Assembly: GCA_943788175.1 (NCBI GenBank)
Contig: CALSPG010000007.1
Span: forward strand, 64,001 to 128,000
Reading direction: 5' to 3'
Source of the DNA: an uncultured bacterium
Lineage (GTDB): Bacteria > Fidelibacterota > Marinisomatia > Marinisomatales > UBA1611
Length of the DNA stretch: 64,000 nucleotides
Made by a program: the position numbers and the translations under genes. A model generated the notes under the pieces. That model saw nothing but the letters and a program-made list of their open reading frames with translations, had not been told where the DNA came from and made no database searches. Below, in pieces: positions 57,957-64,000 of this stretch; positions within the stretch are counted from its first letter, which is position 1; every line of letters starts with the position of its first letter.

Positions 57957-59028
57957 TTAATCATATTCATAAGTAATAATATTAATTAGTATTGGTTCGC
58001 CTTGTTCAGATGGTTTAAGCATATCATAGTCATGTACTCTTGCTATGTTTCCATTTTTATCATAACCCATTGTCTTTTTTTGAATTAATCTACTTTTATC
58101 ATCAAAGGTAGCCTGGATGATTTTTTTATTGAGGCTATTATTTCTGTATTCAATTCTACGTATAAGCTTTTTAGAAGCATCCGTAATTATCTTTGTTTCT
58201 CTTCCTAGTTTTTCATCATACAAATTAGTAATAGTTTTTTCAAGGTTTCCATCCATATTATAATGTATTATGCTGCCAACTCTTCCAGATTCATCATATT
58301 CAAATTGTTCAGAACCAATTGCATAACCCCTTCTTGAGCTTATTATTTGGTCGACATTACCATCATCATTATAGGAGTACGTAATTTTTTTCATTATTGA
58401 GGGATCAAAATTTTCTTCTTTTACAAATATATTTCCACTACTGTCCTTATCATAGATGGTGTGCTCGATTATAAAACCAGCATAAAATTCTTTATGTTCT
58501 TTAATCTTGCCATCATCATTGTAATCAAAACTTTCGCCCCAAGGCATATTTTCATTATCTGTATTTAAACCATCTAATTTGTTAGACATATTTACTTTTG
58601 ACGGATCAAATCTTATTATTTTCCATAAATTACCGTTGCTGTAATATTTATAAAATTCTCGCCACTTCAAAGAGTCGTCATTGGAACTGTATAGGTGTTT
58701 AGCTACGAGTTTCCCACCCATATTGTAATCATATTTAAAATGCATTAAACGTTCAATGCCTTCTAGTTTTTGAAGTGATTTTCTATTCTTATAGTTGATG
58801 TAGTCATATTTTTTTGATAACGGAATGTTATGTAAATATATAGTGCTATCTAACGTTTGGCGTTTTGAATTATATCTAACAACTGTGGATTGAGAAAGCT
58901 CTCTAGTTTCTGTGCCAAAATTCTGTGAGATGCTGTAGCTTTTAATTATTTTTGCATTCGTTTTACCAAATACAATAAGGCCTGGCATTAACAACAATAG
59001 TAAAAGTTTATTTACAATCTTTGTTCAT
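57957..59028 (-). CDS. Exported YD-repeat-like protein; 5' end probably broken by a 1-base insertion
   Basis: YDYNMGGK, YNDDGK, YDESGR, YDKNGN repeats; deleting one T of 59020-59022 joins ATG 59028 to give signal peptide MNKIVNKLLLLLLMPGLIVFG (ORF track starts at 58997). Confidence 0.72.
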
Positions 59029-59247
59029 AATTTTTTGCATATGTAGTACGTTTAAAAATTAATTTTTAATTATTCACTTATTAAATGAATAGGGTCACTC
59101 AATCTAAAAAGCTTTTTAAAACTCTTTAAGATTACTATTAAAAATTTAATAAAATCACAAAATTTTCATACTTAAAGTAATTGATTAAATAGCTTAATTT
59201 TCTATAAGTCCCTTTATGGTAGGTATTTAAAGAATATTAATTTATTG

Positions 59248-59277
59248 TTGACATTAGATTAAAGAATGTTTTAATAT
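59248..59277 (+). promoter_or_regulatory. Possible sigma70 promoter
   Basis: TTGACA at 59248-59253, TAATAT 18 bp downstream, then GGAG RBS before ATG 59299. Confidence 0.5.
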
Positions 59278-59298
59278 TAAATCATAGCGGAGTCCAAT

Positions 59299-60756
59299 AT
59301 GTTAAAAAATATAAAACATATCATTATAGGTGTGTCCCTAATTGTATCAGGGGCCCTGGCGTCAGAACTTAAAGATATTAAGTATGATCCTAAGAGCAAT
59401 GGTCTTATGATTAGTATTGATTATTCTGAGCCAATACCTGATGATAATATAATAGGCTGGAAATCAGATAGAAATTGGCTTTATATCACTCTATTGGGTG
59501 TGAAGCACGTAAATGAGATTAATCCAAAAGCTGATCCAAACAACTTAATTAAAGAACTAGTCATCGACAGTTTTGATGAGTCTGTTCAAATAGCAATTCT
59601 TCTTACAAAAAAAATACATTGGTATGACATTATTAATAGTGAAGGAAATTCGTCAGCTGTTGTTTTCATTCATACAGAGATGAAAAATAATCTTCAAGCA
59701 AATTTAAAAGAGCATTTAGATAAAAAAGGAAAATCTGTCTTTTCTGTTATTGCTCAGAAAGGTTTCCCTACATATAATACGAGCTTTCAAGCGGCATTTA
59801 ATAAAGCTAGAGAGGAACTAGGTTCTAATGCCATCTTTAGATTCAAAGGAAAGCTTTATCACACAAACCACCCTGGCGAAGGTTCTGTAAGTGTAGCTTC
59901 AAACGTAATTGAAAAAAATAAGTCAGAAAATATAAATGATATTTTTTCCAACTATGCTTCAGCTTCAAAGGATTTTGATAGTTTTGATTCAAAACCTGTT
60001 AAATCCGATGAAAAAGCGTATCAAGAAATTGATGAATATTTTATCGAAGAAAACTCCGGTGAGGAGTTTGCAGAATGGTCTGATTTAACAGAAAGTTCTA
60101 TCGATGATTCTCCAACAGAAAGCAGTCTTTCTTTCTGGGATAAAATGACGGCTGCTAGGGAAGATGATGAAAAAGCAAAGTTATTTGATAATCTAGAATC
60201 TTCTAAAGGTCAATTAATTGAAGAGCTAGCAGATCATTCAATAATAAATGATGATTTAGATGGCAGAATTGTAAAAGTTCCGAAAACTTCTTGGTGGCAG
60301 AAATTACCTTTTGTGTCAATTACAAAAAGTAGATTTGGTTCTATTAAAAAGAACAGAACTAACAATGAGTTATTACTTGGTCAGTCTGCAATCAGGGTTG
60401 ATGCAAATTTAGAAGGAGTTCCGATTTACATTGATGGTAGATATGTCGGGCATACCCCTTTGAGAACGCCTATTCGTGTTGAGCCGGGTTGGCACCAAGT
60501 TAGTGGGTTTTCTCCTCAATATTTAATGTATTTAAATACTGGCACTGTTGACTATGTATCAAATGACCCAATGTTGAAAAATCAAATTTTTGGAACAGAG
60601 ACTATATATGTTGAGGGTGGTAAGATTGCCAGGTCTGAGATGAGGTTTGATTATGTTGGGCCATCGCTTCCGGTAAAGAAAAAAAATGGTGGCTGGATGG
60701 TTGGCTTTCCTATTTTATTATCTTTCTTCTCATTAATTGCTTGGGGAGTAGCATAA
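59299..60756 (+). CDS. Exported protein with AMIN-like N-domain, acidic linker, PEGA domain and C-terminal membrane anchor
   Basis: Signal peptide; PEGA IRVDANLEGVPIYIDGRYVGHTPL..RVEPGWHQV; C-terminal hydrophobic helix. Confidence 0.72.
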   Translation: MLKNIKHIIIGVSLIVSGALASELKDIKYDPKSNGLMISIDYSEPIPDDNIIGWKSDRNWLYITLLGVKHVNEINPKADPNNLIKELVIDSFDESVQIAILLTKKIHWYDIINSEGNSSAVVFIHTEMKNNLQANLKEHLDKKGKSVFSVIAQKGFPTYNTSFQAAFNKAREELGSNAIFRFKGKLYHTNHPGEGSVSVASNVIEKNKSENINDIFSNYASASKDFDSFDSKPVKSDEKAYQEIDEYFIEENSGEEFAEWSDLTESSIDDSPTESSLSFWDKMTAAREDDEKAKLFDNLESSKGQLIEELADHSIINDDLDGRIVKVPKTSWWQKLPFVSITKSRFGSIKKNRTNNELLLGQSAIRVDANLEGVPIYIDGRYVGHTPLRTPIRVEPGWHQVSGFSPQYLMYLNTGTVDYVSNDPMLKNQIFGTETIYVEGGKIARSEMRFDYVGPSLPVKKKNGGWMVGFPILLSFFSLIAWGVA

Positions 60757-60817
60757 AAGATATCACATCTTTTAATCTCTTTATCAATTAGCTTTACTTC
60801 AGTTTTAGATACTCCTT

Positions 60818-62074
60818 TTGTCAGTTAAAGAACAATTAAAATCATATATTTTATCAAAAAGTATTTCTAGCGAAGAAAGAAAATTGGGTATAGAGGTTGA
60901 ATGCTTTATTTTCGACAAGAATAATAACAGGATACCTGTTAATAAGGGTAGTTCTTTCTCTGCTTCCGATCTTTTAAAAGAGCTTGAATCCTCATCTAAT
61001 GGAAACTACTCTTTAGAGCCTGGAGGGCAAATTGAATGGTCCAGTCCGCCTTCATATAAATTAAAAGATATAGAGAGAGATTTGCATGAATATAAAAACT
61101 CCTTAGATAAAATACTAAAAAGAGAAGGATTTAAATCTTTATATATAGGAGTCGATCCTTTTAACAATCCTAGTGAAATTGATTTAATAGATCAAAAAAA
61201 ATATTTACTTATGAACGACAATATGGAGAAAAAAGGTTCTTTAGGTAAATGGATGATGCGGAACACTTGTAGTATCCAAATCAATTACGATATCATAGAT
61301 GAGCCTGATATAGAAGAGTTAACTTTTATATTAGATTGTATACACCCTATCACATCTTACTTATTTTCAAATAGTCCTTTCATAGAAAAAAAACCAAACG
61401 GAAATTTAAATTTAAGAAATCATATCTGGGAAAATACTGATAGTGACAGATGTAGGTCTTTAGTCGATCATGGAATTTTTAAACGGAAAGATTTGTTAGA
61501 GCTCTATTTAGAATTTGCTTCAAAAGTGCCTTCTATTTTTAAACTAGATGATGATCTTAATATTCAGAGCTCTAAGTCTGTGCTTGGAGATGATTTGAAG
61601 TCTAGATTTGACAAGGGTTCATTAAGGCCTGAGGACATACAAGCCGCCTTGCATCAAATATTTACAAATGTTCGTTTAAAAAATTTAATTGAAGTTCGAG
61701 ATATAGATTGTTTGCCTTTTGAGCACATTATGGCTCCGGTTGCATTCATTACTGGTTTAATAACTAATAAAAAAATCAGAAAAGAATTACTTCTTACATT
61801 TGAAAACTGGTCATATAGAGATAGGTCTTCTTGGAATGAATTAGGTTCCTCTTTAGATGGGACCTTAATGGGGCCAAATAAAAAAACATTTTTACAGTGG
61901 ATAGATTTTGTCGGTCAACTATCCTTAAAAGGTCTCAAAAGTCGCAATCTTGGAGAAGAAAAATATTTTTACGATTTTTTTGAGGTTATTAAATCTAAGG
62001 GACCGATAAGTAAGCAAATACAAGATAGCTTTACATTATCTGGTCAATCTTTAAACAAATTTATTTTTAGATAA
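60818..62074 (+). CDS. Glutamate-cysteine ligase (GCS2 family; GshA/EgtA-like)
   Basis: GIEVE, SLEPGGQIEWS, MMRNTCSIQINYD, LFSNSPF, IFTNVRLKNLIEVR. Confidence 0.85.
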   Translation: MSVKEQLKSYILSKSISSEERKLGIEVECFIFDKNNNRIPVNKGSSFSASDLLKELESSSNGNYSLEPGGQIEWSSPPSYKLKDIERDLHEYKNSLDKILKREGFKSLYIGVDPFNNPSEIDLIDQKKYLLMNDNMEKKGSLGKWMMRNTCSIQINYDIIDEPDIEELTFILDCIHPITSYLFSNSPFIEKKPNGNLNLRNHIWENTDSDRCRSLVDHGIFKRKDLLELYLEFASKVPSIFKLDDDLNIQSSKSVLGDDLKSRFDKGSLRPEDIQAALHQIFTNVRLKNLIEVRDIDCLPFEHIMAPVAFITGLITNKKIRKELLLTFENWSYRDRSSWNELGSSLDGTLMGPNKKTFLQWIDFVGQLSLKGLKSRNLGEEKYFYDFFEVIKSKGPISKQIQDSFTLSGQSLNKFIFR

Positions 62075-62166
62075 AATAATTTATACTTGATGAAATAAAA
62101 AGTAAATGAGTTTAATTTTTGACTCATTATGAATGCTTGTTGTATCATTATTAGTAATCAAAAATT

Positions 62167-62832
62167 ATGAAATTATATTTTAGCTCAAAAATTTTTCAAA
62201 AAGCATTAGCCGGTTTGTCTGGAGGGTTCCTTGTCGTGTTCTTAATCGGGCACTTAGCTGGGAATCTGCAATTATTTATTCCTGGGGAATTGGGTCAAAA
62301 ACAGTTCAACGCTTATGCCTTATTCATGACGACAAACCCTGCAGTGATTGCTCTTTCATATATTACATATACAACGATTATTTTGCATTCGATAGTAACC
62401 ATATATTTAGTTTTTAAGTCAAAGCTTGCAAGACCAATTAAATATCATGTGAGTTCAGGCAATAGTAATAGTACTTGGGCTTCAAGAAATATGGCTTTTT
62501 TAGGCACTATGATATTAATATTTCTTATTATTCATCTTAGGAGTTTTTGGTATGAGATGCATTTTGGTAATATTGGATTCGATAAATGGGGTAATAAAGA
62601 TTTGCATACTGTAACTGTTGCTGCGTTTCAAAATGTTTACTACACAGCATTTTACATTTTATCAATGTTGATGCTCGCTTTTCATTTATCGCATGGAGTT
62701 GGATCTGCATTTCAAACTCTTGGCTTGAATACTTCAAAATACAAAAAGTCAATTACATACATAGGAAAAGGAGTAGCAATTATAATACCATTAATTTTTG
62801 CAAGTATACCAATCACATTATATGTTAGATAG
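62167..62832 (+). CDS. sdhC: Succinate dehydrogenase/fumarate reductase cytochrome b subunit
   Basis: [41 protein letters not shown] heme-His motifs; five TMs. Confidence 0.93.
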   Translation: MKLYFSSKIFQKALAGLSGGFLVVFLIGHLAGNLQLFIPGELGQKQFNAYALFMTTNPAVIALSYITYTTIILHSIVTIYLVFKSKLARPIKYHVSSGNSNSTWASRNMAFLGTMILIFLIIHLRSFWYEMHFGNIGFDKWGNKDLHTVTVAAFQNVYYTAFYILSMLMLAFHLSHGVGSAFQTLGLNTSKYKKSITYIGKGVAIIIPLIFASIPITLYVR

Positions 62833-64000
62833 CAGAATACCTCCAGGAGATTTATCGAGTAAATGGTCAGACTTTAAGTCGAAAGTACCACTTGTTAGTC
62901 CAGCAAATAAGCAAAATTTAGATATTATTATTATTGGTACAGGCTTAGCAGGGGCTTCTGCTGCGTCTTCTTTAGCTGAAATGGGATACAATGTTAAAGC
63001 TTTTTGTTTTCAAGACAGTCCTAGGAGAGCTCACTCAATTGCAGCTCAAGGTGGAATTAATGCTGCAAAAAATTATCAAAATGATGGAGATAGCGTCTAC
63101 AGGTTGTTTTATGACACTATCAAGGGCGGTGACTATAGGTCTCGTGAAGCAAATGTACATAGACTAGCTGAAGTTAGTACAAACATTATAGATCAGTGTG
63201 TAGCTCAAGGAGTGCCATTTGCCAGAGAGTATGGAGGTACGCTCGACAATCGCTCATTCGGCGGGGTTCAAGTCTCTAGAACGTTTTATGCGAGAGGTCA
63301 GACTGGTCAACAGCTTTTATTGGGTGCTTATAGTGCTCTTAGTAGACAAATAAGCAAAGGCTCTGTTCAAATGTATAATAGACATGAGATGCTTGATGTT
63401 GTTATGATTGATGGTGTAGCGAGGGGAATTATTGCTAGAAATTTACTTACTGGTCAGTATGAAAGGCATTTTGGGCATGCAGTTGTTTTAGCTACTGGTG
63501 GATATGGTAACGTATTTTACCTTTCAACTAATGCGATGGGAAGTAACGTTACAGCTGCTTGGAAAGCATACAAAAAAGGTGCAATGTTTGGCAATCCTTG
63601 TTTTACTCAAATTCATCCTACTTGCATCCCGGTGTCTGGTGATTATCAGTCTAAGTTAACGTTAATGTCAGAATCACTTAGAAATGATGGAAGAATTTGG
63701 GTACCTATTAAAAAAGGTGATACTAGAGATCCAAAAGATATACCAGAAGATGAAAGAGACTATTATCTTGAGCGAAGATACCCAGCTTTTGGAAATCTTG
63801 TTCCACGAGATATTGCCTCAAGAGCAGCTAAAGAAAGATGTGATGAAGGTTATGGTGTTGGTTCGACCAAAATGGCTGTTTATTTAGATTTTAAAGATGC
63901 AATTAGTAGCATGGGTGAAGATACTGTCAGGTCTCGTTATGGAAACCTCTTTCAAATGTATAATAAAATTACAGGAGATGATCCTTATCATACTCCAATG
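62822..64000 (+). CDS. sdhA: Succinate dehydrogenase/fumarate reductase flavoprotein subunit (3'-truncated by window)
   Basis: ATG 62822: MLDSRIPPG...[56 protein letters not shown]; open to the window end; not in the ORF track. Confidence 0.96.
   Translation, partial: MLDSRIPPGDLSSKWSDFKSKVPLVSPANKQNLDIIIIGTGLAGASAASSLAEMGYNVKAFCFQDSPRRAHSIAAQGGINAAKNYQNDGDSVYRLFYDTIKGGDYRSREANVHRLAEVSTNIIDQCVAQGVPFAREYGGTLDNRSFGGVQVSRTFYARGQTGQQLLLGAYSALSRQISKGSVQMYNRHEMLDVVMIDGVARGIIARNLLTGQYERHFGHAVVLATGGYGNVFYLSTNAMGSNVTAAWKAYKKGAMFGNPCFTQIHPTCIPVSGDYQSKLTLMSESLRNDGRIWVPIKKGDTRDPKDIPEDERDYYLERRYPAFGNLVPRDIASRAAKERCDEGYGVGSTKMAVYLDFKDAISSMGEDTVRSRYGNLFQMYNKITGDDPYHTPM

Noticed and set aside
53898-58997. 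Polymorphic toxin (RHS) / YwqK antitoxin module
   Set aside because: No RHS core signature (PxxxxDPxG) or toxin tip; both proteins appear to be exported repeat proteins without an adjacent toxin-immunity pair
59040-59240. AT-rich palindromes in the largest intergenic gap as ncRNA or replication origin
   Set aside because: Almost purely A/T stems expected by chance; no tRNA fold, riboswitch motif or DnaA-box cluster recognised
95-63887. Short alternative-frame and antisense ORFs in the supplied track (e.g. 95-349, 1143-1430, 42030-42299, 44907-45188, 48564-48956, 55109-56615, 63684-63887)
   Set aside because: They overlap well-supported genes, lack motifs and look like shadow ORFs
1-64000. 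tRNA/rRNA genes, integrases, transposases, prophage
   Set aside because: None recognised; intergenic gaps are short and accounted for by promoters or terminators

Overview
AT-rich, gene-dense bacterial chromosome segment. Many secreted proteins end in PNPFN...LLK T9SS/FlgD-like C-terminal sorting domains (CTDs). Together with a PorV/PorQ-like barrel and Bacteroidota-type sdhCA but no SusD, this suggests a marine FCB-group organism such as Marinimicrobia (inference). The window has three main blocks. (1) About 3.1-36.1 kb is a divergent, LacI-centred beta-glucan (laminarin / mixed-linkage) utilisation locus with GH5, four GH16, GH149 phosphorylase, GH30, GH1, GH3, a repeat-expanded glycan-binding protein, a TonB receptor + 1150-aa partner + PorV-like + PpiC-like cassette, and a CotH protein. 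(2) 42.06-50.12 kb is the most striking feature: a self-contained seven-gene operon between a sigma70-type promoter and an intrinsic terminator. It encodes a Na+-type MotA/MotB stator, FliG, and a remodelled FliF-like protein (RBM3 only, on a ~200-residue periplasmic coiled coil), plus three envelope proteins including an outer-membrane barrel. No FliM/FliN, export gate, rod, hook or flagellin genes occur in the window, so this is a candidate non-flagellar rotary motor. (3) Housekeeping genes (ssb, apaG, ppdK, gshA-like, sdhCA) and a cluster of repetitive extracytoplasmic beta-hairpin proteins. Three single-base indels probably reflect sequencing error. I saw no tRNA, rRNA, CRISPR array or mobile element. 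All calls come from motif reading by eye; no database search was run.
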